From the NCBI GenBank assembly GCA_042219525.1, contig JBDGPU010000017.1, positions 2,241 through 66,240 of the forward strand: a stretch of DNA of 64,000 nt, written 5' to 3'. The notes beneath the pieces are model-generated. The model saw only the letters and a program-made list of their open reading frames with translations, had not been told where the DNA came from and did not search any database. Both the position numbers and the translations under genes were made by a program. Below, in pieces: positions 18,830 to 28,765 of the stretch (positions are counted from its first letter, which is position 1; each line of letters begins with the position of its first letter). Source of the DNA: Halopenitus sp. (lineage in GTDB: Archaea; Halobacteriota; Halobacteria; Halobacteriales; Haloferacaceae).

Positions 18830-18907
18830 CACGGCCCGGCTGGGGCACCCCTCGTCCGAAGTTGCGTCGGTCGCTACGTCTTTGAGGGCCCGGCTGAAAG
18901 AACACGT

Positions 18908-19396
18908 ATGAGCGACGAGCGGGAGGTCCTCGACGTACTGACGACGAACGCCCGCGAGAGCGTGGAAACCATCGCGGCACAGACGGGCCTCGAGCCGGCA
19001 GAGGTCGAGAACGCCATCGCGGCGCTGGAACGTGACGGCGTCGTCCACGGCTACCAGGCCGTCGTCGACTGGGATCGCGTCGAGGACCAGCAGGTACGGG
19101 CCGTCGTCGAGCTCAACGTCGAACTCGACCGCGAGACCGACTACGAGGAGATCGCCGACCGGATCGCGAAGTTCCCGGCGACGCACGCGCTTCACCTCGT
19201 CTCCGGCGACTACGACTTCGCCGTCGAGGTTACTGGCAACTCGATGCAGGACGTCTCCCGCTTCATCTCCGAACAGGTCGTGCCGATGCCGGAAGTCACC
19301 CAGACGGTGACCCACTACATCATGGAGACGTACAAGGATGGGGGCATCCGCTTCGGCGACCGCGACGACGACGACCGCCTCTCCGTCTCTCCATGA
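18908..19396 (+). CDS. Lrp/AsnC-family transcriptional regulator
   Basis: 162 aa with an N-terminal HTH and a C-terminal RAM-like domain (LVSGDYDF). ATGA overlap with the next gene. Confidence 0.85.
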   Translation: MSDEREVLDVLTTNARESVETIAAQTGLEPAEVENAIAALERDGVVHGYQAVVDWDRVEDQQVRAVVELNVELDRETDYEEIADRIAKFPATHALHLVSGDYDFAVEVTGNSMQDVSRFISEQVVPMPEVTQTVTHYIMETYKDGGIRFGDRDDDDRLSVSP

Positions 19397-20532
19397 AGCT
19401 CTCCGACCGCGCCAGCGAGCTTCCCGAATCCGGCATCCGCAAGTTCTTCGAGCTGGCGGAGGCCCGCGACGACGTCATCTCGCTCGGGGTGGGAGAGCCC
19501 GACTTCTCCGCGCCGTGGGCCGTTCGAACCGCCGCCATCGACTCGCTCGAACGCGGCCGGACCTCCTACACGTCGAATCGGGGGATGGCGGAACTCCGCG
19601 AGGCGATCACCGCTCATCACCACCGCTACGACCAGGTGTACGACCCCGAGACGGAGTGTCTCGTCACGACCGGCGCGAGCGAGGCCGTCGACCTCGCGTT
19701 TCGGGCGCTCGTCGACCCCGGCGACACCGTCGCCGTCCACGAGCCGACGTACATCTCCTACGGCCCCGGCGTCGACCTCGCGGGCGGCGAACGGCTGTCC
19801 GTCCCGACCCGAGCCGAGGACGAGTTCAAGCTCACGCGCGATGCGCTCGAAGCAGCCGGTGCCGAGGACGCCGACCTCCTCGTGCTCTGTTACCCGAACA
19901 ACCCGACGGGGGTGACGATGGACGACGAGGAGCTCGCCGAGGTCGCCGCCTTCTGTCGGGACCACGACCTCCGGGTCGTCGCCGACGAGATCTACGCGGC
20001 GCTCACGTACGGCGACGCCCACGCCTCCATCGCGAACCAGCCCGGCATGCGCGAACGCACCGTCGTCGTCAACGGCTTCTCGAAGGCCTACGCGATGACG
20101 GGGCTCCGGCTCGGCTACGCGCTCGGGCCCGCGTCGGCCATCGACGCGATGAACCGGATCCACCAGTACACGATGCTGTCGGCGCCGACGACGGCCCAGC
20201 ACGCCGCCATCGAGGGGCTGCGGAGCTGTGACAACGAGGTCGCGAACATGGTCGACGAGTACAATCGCCGGCGCCGGTTCGTCGTCTCCCGGTTCGAGGA
20301 GATGGGCCTCGACTGCTTCGAACCGAAGGGGGCGTTCTACGCGTTCCCCAACTGCGGCCGCGACGACGAGGAATTCGCACAGGAGCTCCTCGACGAGCAG
20401 GGGGTCGCCGTCGTACCCGGTTCTGTCTTCGGTCCGAGCGGCGAAGGGCATCTCCGAGTGTCGTACGCGACGAGCATGCGCGAGCTGAAGCAGGCGACCG
20501 ACCGCATCGAGGCGTTCGTCGAGGGCCACTGA
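19393..20532 (+). CDS. pyridoxal-phosphate-dependent class I/II aminotransferase
   Basis: 379 aa with LGVGEPDF, NNPTG and SKAYAMTGLRLGY motifs. Confidence 0.9.
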   Translation: MKLSDRASELPESGIRKFFELAEARDDVISLGVGEPDFSAPWAVRTAAIDSLERGRTSYTSNRGMAELREAITAHHHRYDQVYDPETECLVTTGASEAVDLAFRALVDPGDTVAVHEPTYISYGPGVDLAGGERLSVPTRAEDEFKLTRDALEAAGAEDADLLVLCYPNNPTGVTMDDEELAEVAAFCRDHDLRVVADEIYAALTYGDAHASIANQPGMRERTVVVNGFSKAYAMTGLRLGYALGPASAIDAMNRIHQYTMLSAPTTAQHAAIEGLRSCDNEVANMVDEYNRRRRFVVSRFEEMGLDCFEPKGAFYAFPNCGRDDEEFAQELLDEQGVAVVPGSVFGPSGEGHLRVSYATSMRELKQATDRIEAFVEGH

Positions 20533-20615
20533 GCCTCGCTCCGGACGGAAAACAACTCTCCGCGAATTGTCCGTTGTTTGCGAACGGTTAACGTGACTGG
20601 TCGCTTCGGTTCTGT

Positions 20616-21770
20616 ATGGACTTCGGCTTAACGGACGAGCAACAGCAACTGCGGGAGGAAGTGCGCCGCTTCGCGGAAAACGAGATCAAACCCGTCGCGA
20701 CCGAGTACGACGTCGAGGAGAGGTACCCCCACGACGTGATGGACGCGGCCGCGGAGATGGGGCTCATCGCGCCCCACATCCCGGTCGAGTACGGCGGCAT
20801 CGGCTACAACTCCGTCGAGAGCGCTATCCTCACGGAGGAACTGTTCGCTGCGGACCCCGGCATCGGCCTGTGTATCTCCAGCGCCGGCTTCGGCGCCGAG
20901 GCCCTCATCGAGTTCGGTACCGAGGACCAGAAGGAGCGCATCCTTCCGGAGGTTGCAAGCGGCGACGCGATCATGGGCTCGGCGATCAGCGAACCGCAGG
21001 CCGGGTCGGACGTAACGGCCGTCGCAACGAGCGCGGAGAAGGACGGCGACGAGTGGGTGATCAACGGCAACAAGATGTGGATCACCAACGGCTCCGTCGG
21101 CGACTACTTCGTCATCCTCTGTGAGACAGATCCCGAGGTCGACGACCGTTACTCCGGCTACTCGCAGATCCTCGTCGAGAGCGACCGCGACGGCTTCGAG
21201 GCGGACAAGATCACGGGCAAGCTCGGCATCCGCGCGAGCGACACGGCCGAGCTCATCCTCGACGACGTGCGCGTGCCCGAGGAGAACCTCGTCGGCCAGC
21301 GCGGGATGGGCTTCCTCCAACTGATGCAGTTCTTCGACGAGACCCGCACGGCGGTCGCGGCCCAGGGCGTCGGCATCGCGAAGGGCGCCGCGGAGCGCGC
21401 GCTCGAGTACGCCGAGGAGCGCGAACAGTTCGACCGCTCCATCGGCGACTTCCAGGCCATCCGCCACAAGCTCGCGGAGATGCACACGAACACGGAGGCC
21501 GCACGCTGGCTCACCTACCGCTCGGCGTGGGCGGTCGAACACGAGTCGGGCGACCTCACCGCGCTCGCGTCGATGGCGAAGGAGTTCGCCTCGCGCATCG
21601 CCGTCGACGCCGCCAACGAGGCCGTCCAGATCCACGGCGGCGCCGGCTTCGTCAACGACCACGACGTCGAGCGCCTCTATCGCGACTCGAAGATCACCCA
21701 GATCTACGAGGGCACAACTGAGATCCAGAAGAACATCGTCGCCCGCGAGCTGTTCGACGAAGGGTTCTGA
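20616..21770 (+). CDS. acyl-CoA dehydrogenase
   Basis: 384 aa with ISEPQAGSD, WITNG, QIHGGAGF and YEGTTEIQ motifs. Confidence 0.9.
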   Translation: MDFGLTDEQQQLREEVRRFAENEIKPVATEYDVEERYPHDVMDAAAEMGLIAPHIPVEYGGIGYNSVESAILTEELFAADPGIGLCISSAGFGAEALIEFGTEDQKERILPEVASGDAIMGSAISEPQAGSDVTAVATSAEKDGDEWVINGNKMWITNGSVGDYFVILCETDPEVDDRYSGYSQILVESDRDGFEADKITGKLGIRASDTAELILDDVRVPEENLVGQRGMGFLQLMQFFDETRTAVAAQGVGIAKGAAERALEYAEEREQFDRSIGDFQAIRHKLAEMHTNTEAARWLTYRSAWAVEHESGDLTALASMAKEFASRIAVDAANEAVQIHGGAGFVNDHDVERLYRDSKITQIYEGTTEIQKNIVARELFDEGF

Positions 21771-21801
21771 ACGGGACGATCCGCGAACGCCGCTGAGACT
21801 T

Positions 21802-23154
21802 TTAAATGGGGTGCGTCTCGTCCGGCCCGCCTTCGCCGACGTGGTCGACAGTCGCACCGAGGTCGTACAGCGAGTCGAAGAAGCCGGGGAAGGAGACGTC
21901 GACGTGCTCGGCGCCGTCGATGACTGTCTCGCCGTCGGCGGCGAGCGCGGCAACGGCGAGCGCCATGACGATCCGGTGGTCGGCGCGGCCGTCGACGGCT
22001 GCGCCGGTCAGGTCGGACTCGTCGCCGTGGACGATGAGCGTGTCCTGCTCCTCCGTCACACTCGCACCCATTTTCTCCAGTTCGTCGGCCATCGCCGCGA
22101 CGCGGTCCGTCTCCTTCAGGCGGACGTGCTCGCAGTTGACGATGCGCGTGTCGCCGGACGCCACTGCACCGAGTGTCGCGATGGTCGGCAGCAGGTCCGG
22201 CGTGTCGCCGACGTCGACCTCGACCCCGGAGAGGTCCGAGCGCCCGACGACGATGGCGCCGTCGTCCTCGCGCCATTCGACGTCCGCGCCCATGCGTTCG
22301 AGGACGTCGACGATGGCCGTGTCGCCCTGGGCGCTCGGGAACGCGCCCTCGACGACGACCTCGGAGTCCGGGTCGGCGGCGATGGCACCGGTGGCAACGA
22401 GATAGGAGATGGAGGAGAAGTCGCCCGGGACGGTGTACTCGCCGTCCGTGGGTTCGTAGTGCTGCCCGCCAGCGACGCGGAAGCCCTCCGCGCCCGCGGC
22501 CTCGTCCGATCCGAGTGGCTCCGCGGTGACGCCGAACTCGTCGAGCACCTCGATCGTGATGTCGACGTACGGGGCCGACTTGAGCTCCGTCGTCAGGTCG
22601 ATCTCGACGCCCTCGTCGGTCGCCGCGCCGGCCATCAGCAGCGACGTGATGTACTGCGAGGAGACGTCGCCCGGGATCGACACCTCGTCGCCGTCGATGG
22701 GCCCGCCGACGACGAGCGGGGCCTGCCCGTTGTTCCGGGTCGACTCCGCGTCCGCGCCCAGATCCGAGAGCGCCGTGAGCAGCGGCCCCTGCGGGCGCGA
22801 GCGGAGCGAGTCGTCACCGGTGAGCACGGTCTTGCCGTCGGCGAGTGACGCGGCCCCGGCGACGAGGCGCATCGTCGTCCCGGAGTTCGCGCAGTCGACG
22901 ACGTCGCCCGGCGTCTCGGGGTCGCCGCCGAAGCCGTCCACGTCGTACGTGTCGCGTTCGGTGTTGCGGACGGCGTCGCCGCCGAACGCCTCGACCGCCC
23001 GTGCGGTCGCCTTCGTGTCGGCGCTGACGAGCGGCGACCGGACGATGGCGCCGTCACTGTACCCGGCTGCGAGGATGGCGCGGTGGGTGTAACTCTTCGA
23101 AGGCGGGGCACGAACCGTCCCCCGCACGTCGCCGTCGGAGATGTGTGCGTCCAT
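21802..23154 (-). CDS. aroA: 3-phosphoshikimate 1-carboxyvinyltransferase (EPSP synthase)
   Basis: [19 protein letters not shown]-like (NSGTTMRL) and DHRIVMA motifs. ATG at 23154. Confidence 0.9.
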   Translation of the reverse strand: MDAHISDGDVRGTVRAPPSKSYTHRAILAAGYSDGAIVRSPLVSADTKATARAVEAFGGDAVRNTERDTYDVDGFGGDPETPGDVVDCANSGTTMRLVAGAASLADGKTVLTGDDSLRSRPQGPLLTALSDLGADAESTRNNGQAPLVVGGPIDGDEVSIPGDVSSQYITSLLMAGAATDEGVEIDLTTELKSAPYVDITIEVLDEFGVTAEPLGSDEAAGAEGFRVAGGQHYEPTDGEYTVPGDFSSISYLVATGAIAADPDSEVVVEGAFPSAQGDTAIVDVLERMGADVEWREDDGAIVVGRSDLSGVEVDVGDTPDLLPTIATLGAVASGDTRIVNCEHVRLKETDRVAAMADELEKMGASVTEEQDTLIVHGDESDLTGAAVDGRADHRIVMALAVAALAADGETVIDGAEHVDVSFPGFFDSLYDLGATVDHVGEGGPDETHPI

Positions 23155-23359
23155 AGTGGGTCCCTCCACGAGTAGCCGTATGAGAATACCGGACCCGGCG
23201 CGTACTTATAAGGGACGGCCCGGTCGTCCACCGGTAGTCCACCCGGCGAAACTGCCCATCTCCGAACAGGTAACTCGTCGAGCCGGGAGCCCCCGTTCCC
23301 CCAACAATCCGCCACGGGGACGGAGGTCGACCGCGGGCGACGGGGCCGGCGTCGCACAC

Positions 23360-23365
23360 TTTATA
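23360..23365 (+). promoter_or_regulatory. TATA box candidate for mbf1 (leaderless transcript)
   Basis: tttata is centred about 27 nt upstream of the ATG at 23390, the usual haloarchaeal spacing. Confidence 0.45.
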
Positions 23366-23389
23366 CGACCGGGCCCGCTACCTAGCGAT

Positions 23390-23917
23390 ATGCCTCAGTG
23401 TGAAATGTGTGGTGCCAACCAGGCATCTTTGACGACGACGAAAGTGGAGGGTGCCGAACTGGAGCTCTGTGACTCCTGTACGGACTTCGGAACGGAAGTC
23501 CGCCAGGAGTCCTCCACCACGTTCTCCGGCAAGTACTCCACGTCCTCCTCAAGCGGGAAATCCTCGAGTTCGAGTTCGAGCTCGAGCTCCAGTTCGAGTT
23601 CCTCGGACAGTTCGAGCCGCCGGCGCGACATGTTCGACCACATGGACGAGATCGCCAGCGACTACGACGATCGGATCCGGAACGCGCGGGAGTCCCGCGG
23701 CCTGAGCCAGGAAGAACTGGCCAACGAGCTGAACGAGAAGGCCAGCCTCATCCGGAAGCTGGAGCGCGGTGACACCCTGCCGGAGGACGACATCCGGAAG
23801 ACGCTGGAGAAGGAGCTCGAGATCACGCTCATCGAGGGCGGCGACGTCGACGAGGACTGGGACTCGGGCGACTCGGAGTCGATGACGCTCGGCGACGTCG
23901 TCAAGCGCAAGGACTGA
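23390..23917 (+). CDS. archaeal multiprotein-bridging factor 1 (zinc ribbon + HTH) with a poly-Ser linker
   Basis: MPQCEMCG...CDSC zinc ribbon and a C-terminal cro/C1-type HTH (RESRGLSQEELANELNEKASLIRKLERG). Confidence 0.85.
   Translation: MPQCEMCGANQASLTTTKVEGAELELCDSCTDFGTEVRQESSTTFSGKYSTSSSSGKSSSSSSSSSSSSSSSDSSSRRRDMFDHMDEIASDYDDRIRNARESRGLSQEELANELNEKASLIRKLERGDTLPEDDIRKTLEKELEITLIEGGDVDEDWDSGDSESMTLGDVVKRKD
23564..23617 (+). repeat. hexanucleotide (tcgagt/tcgagc) tandem repeat encoding the poly-Ser linker
   Basis: Six near-perfect hexamers at 23564-23599, then degenerate copies to 23617. Confidence 0.8.
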
Positions 23918-24166
23918 CGCGCTGGCGACGACCCGCGACCACCGTCGCGGGCGACGTTTGCGGACGACTCGCGGGCCCATTACGGGCGACTCGTGGGCCC
24001 GTTGCGGAGGTGACAGCGAACAAAGTGCCGACGAGACGTGGACGACTTTTGACGGCGGACGAATCTACTGACACCACTCTGTAGTGACGTCTATCGGGTT
24101 AGTCAGGAGGACTGCGGCGGCCACAGGGAGGCAGAGAGAATCGCGATGGCGACGGCGACGGTGGCC

Positions 24167-24904
24167 TCAGGCAGTCGCGTCGCCTTCCTCGCCGGATTCG
24201 ACGATCGCGTACGTCGAGTGCAAATGCTCGACCGCGGCGTCGACTGTCTCCGGGTCGTAGCTCCAGAAGCCGTAGAACCGGCCCGGTTCGCGTTCCTCGG
24301 CCAGCAGCATGCACTTGTTCACGTCGACCCCGCCGCCGTCGTAGACGACGAACCAGGTTTCGCGGATCTCGGCCGCGCGCTCGACGTGGACCGTGAACCC
24401 CTCCGCGTCGGGGACCGGCCCCTCCGGCGCGCCGTACGCGTGAACGTCGAGGTCGCCGGACTCCCCGAGGCGGTTGTACATCTCCGCCTGCTCGACCATG
24501 TTTCCGAACGTCTGGAAGCCCGCGTGGACTTCGCCGGTGCCGAGCCGCCAGGCCCGGTCCTCGATCTCGCGTGAGGCTGCGACCATGTCCGCGATGGAGT
24601 AGGAGGTGAACAGCATCTCGTCAAGCTCGTCGAGGATCGGGCGGTACGTCTCCGGAGCGAACTCGGGGTCCGTGCGGTCGTCCGGTTCGAGTAGCGCGTC
24701 GAGCTCGACCGCTGTCACGAACTCGCCGTCCCGCGTCAGGACGGCGAACCCGTCGGATCGCGTCGAGAGGTCGTCCTCGACGACGGAGACGTTCCGCGTA
24801 GCGAAGCGGTCCGCCAGCGCGTCGCGGGCCTGGCCGTCGTCGTTCACGACGGTCAGGATGGCCTCCTGGGCCTCGACGCCGGCGATGAGCTCGATCAGTG
24901 ACAT
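24167..24904 (-). CDS. DICT-like sensory domain protein (stand-alone)
   Basis: 245 aa. The pattern LTV.N......L...F..RNV.V.......DGFAVL.RDGEF and the C-terminal half resemble haloarchaeal DICT-domain proteins. ATG at 24904. Confidence 0.6.
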   Translation of the reverse strand: MSLIELIAGVEAQEAILTVVNDDGQARDALADRFATRNVSVVEDDLSTRSDGFAVLTRDGEFVTAVELDALLEPDDRTDPEFAPETYRPILDELDEMLFTSYSIADMVAASREIEDRAWRLGTGEVHAGFQTFGNMVEQAEMYNRLGESGDLDVHAYGAPEGPVPDAEGFTVHVERAAEIRETWFVVYDGGGVDVNKCMLLAEEREPGRFYGFWSYDPETVDAAVEHLHSTYAIVESGEEGDATA

Positions 24905-25075
24905 CCGAACACTTACACCTCCTTCGAAGCCCACGCTTATCCCTTTTTGCCCCGCGCAGGTGCGGCCGCGCCGGGACGCGCGTGAAGGGGTCGTCTCCCG
25001 AACGCGCGTGAAGGGTCGCCGCGCCGACGTGAGCGAGGGGCAGGTTCGCGGTCGAATATTGCGCGGAGTATCAAG

Positions 25076-25081
25076 CTATAT
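25076..25081 (+). promoter_or_regulatory. TATA box candidate for tpiA (leaderless)
   Basis: ctatat is centred about 27 nt upstream of the ATG at 25106. Confidence 0.45.
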
Positions 25082-25105
25082 GCGCTCGCGGCGTCCTCGT
25101 CCAGT

Positions 25106-25750
25106 ATGTTCATCCTCGTGAATCTGAAGGCGTATCCCTGCGATCCGGTCGCCGTCGCCGAGGCGGCCCACGACGTTGCCGAAACCACCGACGCTCGCAT
25201 CGCCGTCGCCCCGCAGGCGGCGGACCTCGCTCGCGTCGCCGACACCGGCGTGGAAACCTGGGCCCAGCACGTCTCCCCGAACGCCCACGGCTCCCACACC
25301 GGCTCGACGCTCGCGGAGGCGGTCGCCGACAACGGCGCCGAGGGCACCCTGATCAACCACTCCGAGCGCCGACTGAAGCTCGCCGACGTCGACGCGGCGC
25401 TCGACGCGACGGACCGCGCGGACCTGGAGAGCATCGTGTGCGCGAACAACCCCAATCAGGTCGGGGCAGCCGCCGCGCTCGGACCGGACGCCGTCGCGGT
25501 CGAGCCGCCGGAACTCATCGGCGGTGACGTCTCCGTCGCCACTGCGGACCCCGAAATCGTCGAGGGTGCGGTCGACGCTGCGGCCGCCGTCGACGACGAC
25601 GTCGACGTGTTCTGCGGCGCCGGCGTCTCGACCGGCGAGGACGTCACCGCCGCGGCCGACCTTGGCGCCTCGGGCGTACTACTGGCTTCCGGCGTCGCCA
25701 AAGCGGACGACCCCCGCGCGGCGCTCGAGGACCTCGTCACGGAGATCTAA
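25106..25750 (+). CDS. tpiA: triosephosphate isomerase (archaeal short type)
   Basis: 214 aa with [22 protein letters not shown] and GAGVS motifs. Confidence 0.9.
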   Translation: MFILVNLKAYPCDPVAVAEAAHDVAETTDARIAVAPQAADLARVADTGVETWAQHVSPNAHGSHTGSTLAEAVADNGAEGTLINHSERRLKLADVDAALDATDRADLESIVCANNPNQVGAAAALGPDAVAVEPPELIGGDVSVATADPEIVEGAVDAAAAVDDDVDVFCGAGVSTGEDVTAAADLGASGVLLASGVAKADDPRAALEDLVTEI

Positions 25751-25812
25751 CCGACGTCGTTCGTTTTCTGTATTACCACACACGGTGGGGTGTTGGTATA
25801 ACGGAAACAGGG

Positions 25813-26266
25813 CTCCAGCACCGCAAAGGTCCGAAACCCCTCGGCCGAACGCGCTCGCCCGGCAGCCCACGACGGACAACACAGCGCTCGCCATCCCACG
25901 CGTTGCTCACGCACACCTGCGCTCCCGCGTCGTGACCGGTAAACAACCGCCGCGAGCGACGACCCGGCCACCACTCCCGGGCGGGACTGAAAGGGGCAGC
26001 CGCTGAGCGGGACGCACTGCGACGTAAGCGACGCGAGAGCTTCGCTCTCGCTAGTCTGAGACTTCGTCTCAGGCACCGCAACCCGGCGAACGAGCGACCG
26101 GAGGGAGCGAGTGAGTCGGGTGAGGAGCGCAGCGAGCAGCGCAACCGCTCAGCGGCTGGGGCTTTCTGGGCATGCTGAGTGGTGTCGCAGGCGACTGTTG
26201 CCTCCCTTATTTACAAGCGCGACTGCTCAACGGCTTGGGCTTTCTGGGCATGCTGAGTGGTGTCAC
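25813..26266. repeat. copy B of the dispersed palindrome-rich element, ending in two 36-nt direct repeats
   Basis: 36-mers at 26153-26188 and 26231-26266 (two mismatches). The core gggactgaaaggggcagccgctgagcggg at 25983-26011 matches 5193-5221. Extra hairpins lie at 26033-26051 and 26056-26072. Confidence 0.6.
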
Positions 26267-26339
26267 TGCTACCGCTAACTCCGAAACTCGGCACGGGTCG
26301 GCCATTCCTTTTACCGTCACTCCGGACGCGCAGGTAGGC

Positions 26340-26792
26340 ATGTTCACGCGCGAGGCGGCCACGGAGCGGCTCATCGAGGCGAAGCGGGAACGGGGCGTCA
26401 CGTACGACGCCATCGCCGAAGCGGTTGATCGCGACGAGGTCTGGGTCGCAGCCGCGATGTTCGGCGAGACCAGCATGTCCCAGAAGGAAGCGGAGCATCT
26501 CGTGAAATTCCTCGAACCCGAAGACCCCGAGGCCGTCGCGAAGGCGCTCCAGCGCCCGCCGAAGAAGGGCGAGGAGGACCCGACTATCCCGTCCGACCCG
26601 ATGCTCTACCGGCTCTACGAGATTCCCCAGGTGTACGGGGAGGCGATCAAGGCCGTCGTCCACGAGGAGTTCGGGGACGGGATCATGTCCGCCATCGACT
26701 TCGAGTGTCACGTCGACCGCGTGGAGGCCGACGACGGCGACCGCGTTCGGATAACCTACGAGGGGAAGTTCCTGCCGTACAAGAAGTGGTAG
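26340..26792 (+). CDS. cynS: cyanase (cyanate hydratase)
   Basis: 150 aa with the C-terminal catalytic domain pattern DP..YR.YE...VYG...K...HE.FGDGIMSAIDF......D..GDRV.I...GKFLPYK.W. ATG at 26340; the upstream part of track ORF 26172 is repeat DNA. Confidence 0.85.
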   Translation: MFTREAATERLIEAKRERGVTYDAIAEAVDRDEVWVAAAMFGETSMSQKEAEHLVKFLEPEDPEAVAKALQRPPKKGEEDPTIPSDPMLYRLYEIPQVYGEAIKAVVHEEFGDGIMSAIDFECHVDRVEADDGDRVRITYEGKFLPYKKW

Positions 26793-26827
26793 CCGCGCGG
26801 CGAAGTCCCATCCTGACGCGACCTGGC

Positions 26828-27205
26828 TCAAACCAGGCTCGAACCATAGACGATGACGGTCAGGTTGTTCGCGAACAGGAACAACCCCGTCGCGACGAGC
26901 AGGCCGAGGAACACCTCGATGCTGAGACGGAGCGAGCGACGATGCCGTCCGGGAGCCTCCCGGACGAGCTCCGCCAGCCCGTAAAAGAGGATAGCGGCGA
27001 CGACGACCACTCCCAGGTGAAGCCCGATGAGCACGACGAGCGGTTGGGTGAGCAGCCACTGCATCAGCGGATTCGACTCGTGGCTGATGCCGACGTCCGC
27101 GGCGGCGTACAGCGTCATCAGGAGGTCCAGTGACAACAGCAGGAACAGCGCGATCGCTGCCCACGCCCAGTACTCGTCGACCCACGCGTCCAGTTCACTG
27201 GCCAT
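26828..27205 (-). CDS. DUF5658-like small polytopic membrane protein
   Basis: 125 aa with four hydrophobic helices and an E.NP motif (HESNPLM). Confidence 0.6.
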   Translation of the reverse strand: MASELDAWVDEYWAWAAIALFLLLSLDLLMTLYAAADVGISHESNPLMQWLLTQPLVVLIGLHLGVVVVAAILFYGLAELVREAPGRHRRSLRLSIEVFLGLLVATGLFLFANNLTVIVYGSSLV

Positions 27206-27286
27206 TACCTCAGTGAACGGCCTGACGTGGAATAAAGGAGGGGGCGGCGGCCTGGCTCACATCCCGATTCCGGACCGTGGGTCCGG

Positions 27287-28765
27287 TTACGGCGCCCCGA
27301 ACTCGATCGGCGGCGCCAACGCGATCGACCCCTCTACCGACAATTCGACCCGTCCGTCCGCCAGCGATTCGGCAGATTCGTTCGTCGATGCCGCCGTTCC
27401 CGATTGGTTTGTCGGCGACTCGGCGGACTCGTTCAGCGAGCGTGCCCGTTCGAGCGCCGCCTCGAGGTCGATGCGGGCAACGTCGCCCTTGCGGTCGGCC
27501 GTTGCGAGAAGGATTCGCCGCCCCTCTCCCGGGTCGACGCCGGCCGTCGCCTGCAGGAGGGCGACCGATCCGGCCACGTACGGCGCCGCCGCCGACGTCC
27601 CCTCGAGTTCACCGACCGACGTCGTCGCCTGTCCGGGCGCGACCAGCGTGACTCCCTCGCGGGAGCTGTCGGCGCGGATCGAGCCGTCGGCGGCGACCGC
27701 TCCGACCGTCATCGCCTCGTCGCCGGTGGTCTCCGGAACGCTCCCCGAGGCGACCGCGTAGCCGAGGTCGTGCGAGGGCGCGTAGAGCGTGAGATTCGTC
27801 CGCTCGACGTCGCCCGCGACGCGGACCGCGACGTAGTAGGTCCCTTCCGGGACGGTTGCGTCGATAGCGGCGACGCCGTCGCTCGCGTTCGCTTTCGCGA
27901 CGACTGTATCCGGCTGTGAGGCGTGTCGACGGTAGAGGTAGAGTCGGACGTCAGCCGACTGGTCCGCGTGTAAGCGTAGTGAGACGTCGTCGGCGATCTG
28001 CCCGTCGCCGAGCGGGTTCGCCTCCGCGCCGTTCTCGCCGAACGCGACCCAGCCCGGTTCCCTGACGACCCCGGACCAGTGTCGGTTCCCGAGGTTGCCC
28101 GCCGACGTGACCACGACGACGCCCTCAGACGCCGTCCGGTCCGTCACGTTGGCGAAGCCCTCGGCGGTCGCCGCCGAGCGCGGGAAGTAGCTCCCGGAGT
28201 CGACGACGACGTCGACGTCCTGGCTCACCAGCCACTGCATCGCGCTGCGGTACTCGCTGAGTGAAGGGTTCGGGCCGAGTTCGACGAGGACCAGCCCCGC
28301 GTCGGGCGCCGTCGAGTGAACGACCTCCGCGACCGCGGTGTCGTGGCGAGTGCTCGCCGCCTGCTCGAACGCCGGTCGATTCGCGGTCACGTCGTGGGCG
28401 GCGACCACCGCTCCGTCGATGGAGTCGGCATCCCTGTTGAACGCAGTGCCGACGACGCCGACCCGGACCCCCTCTCCGGTAACCCCCTTCGCGTGGACCG
28501 ATTCGAGGTCGGTCACAACTGGCGGGTCGCCGTCGCCGACGCGGGCTCTGGCAGTGTGATCGCTCCCGAGAACGTCAGTGGCGCCGACGACCGACCTTGA
28601 CTCGCCTTGCATCCCGTCATCGAGCGGGAGCGTCGCCGGTGAACCAGCCGCAGGGGTCTGGCTCGCGCCAGCAACGGAGAGCGCGAGGCCGCCGCTCGCG
28701 AGCAGCAGCAGGGCGAAGAGAACGACCGTCACGCGGGCGGTCCCTGGAGCCCATCGACCGGGCAT
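27287..28765 (-). CDS. secreted subtilase-like (peptidase S8) protein; the canonical Asp motif is apparently substituted
   Basis: N-terminal signal-like helix. SAGN (oxyanion Asn), GTSAAAPYVAG (Ser) and RHDTAVA (His) motifs are present. GVRVGVVGTAF stands where G.GV.VAVIDTG is expected. Confidence 0.75.
   Translation of the reverse strand: MPGRWAPGTARVTVVLFALLLLASGGLALSVAGASQTPAAGSPATLPLDDGMQGESRSVVGATDVLGSDHTARARVGDGDPPVVTDLESVHAKGVTGEGVRVGVVGTAFNRDADSIDGAVVAAHDVTANRPAFEQAASTRHDTAVAEVVHSTAPDAGLVLVELGPNPSLSEYRSAMQWLVSQDVDVVVDSGSYFPRSAATAEGFANVTDRTASEGVVVVTSAGNLGNRHWSGVVREPGWVAFGENGAEANPLGDGQIADDVSLRLHADQSADVRLYLYRRHASQPDTVVAKANASDGVAAIDATVPEGTYYVAVRVAGDVERTNLTLYAPSHDLGYAVASGSVPETTGDEAMTVGAVAADGSIRADSSREGVTLVAPGQATTSVGELEGTSAAAPYVAGSVALLQATAGVDPGEGRRILLATADRKGDVARIDLEAALERARSLNESAESPTNQSGTAASTNESAESLADGRVELSVEGSIALAPPIEFGAP

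Noticed and set aside
20540-20600. An inverted repeat aaacaac...gttgttt between the aminotransferase and the acyl-CoA dehydrogenase, considered as a terminator or operator.
   Set aside because: The arms are short (7 bp) with a 16-nt loop, there is no adjoining T-tract, and no second occurrence was seen. That is insufficient support.
26172-26339. An N-terminal extension of cyanase (MLSGVAGDCC...GFLGMLSGV...).
   Set aside because: The extension is translated repeat DNA, with the same GFLGMLSGV peptide arising at 5320-5436. Canonical CynS length and homology begin at the ATG at 26340.
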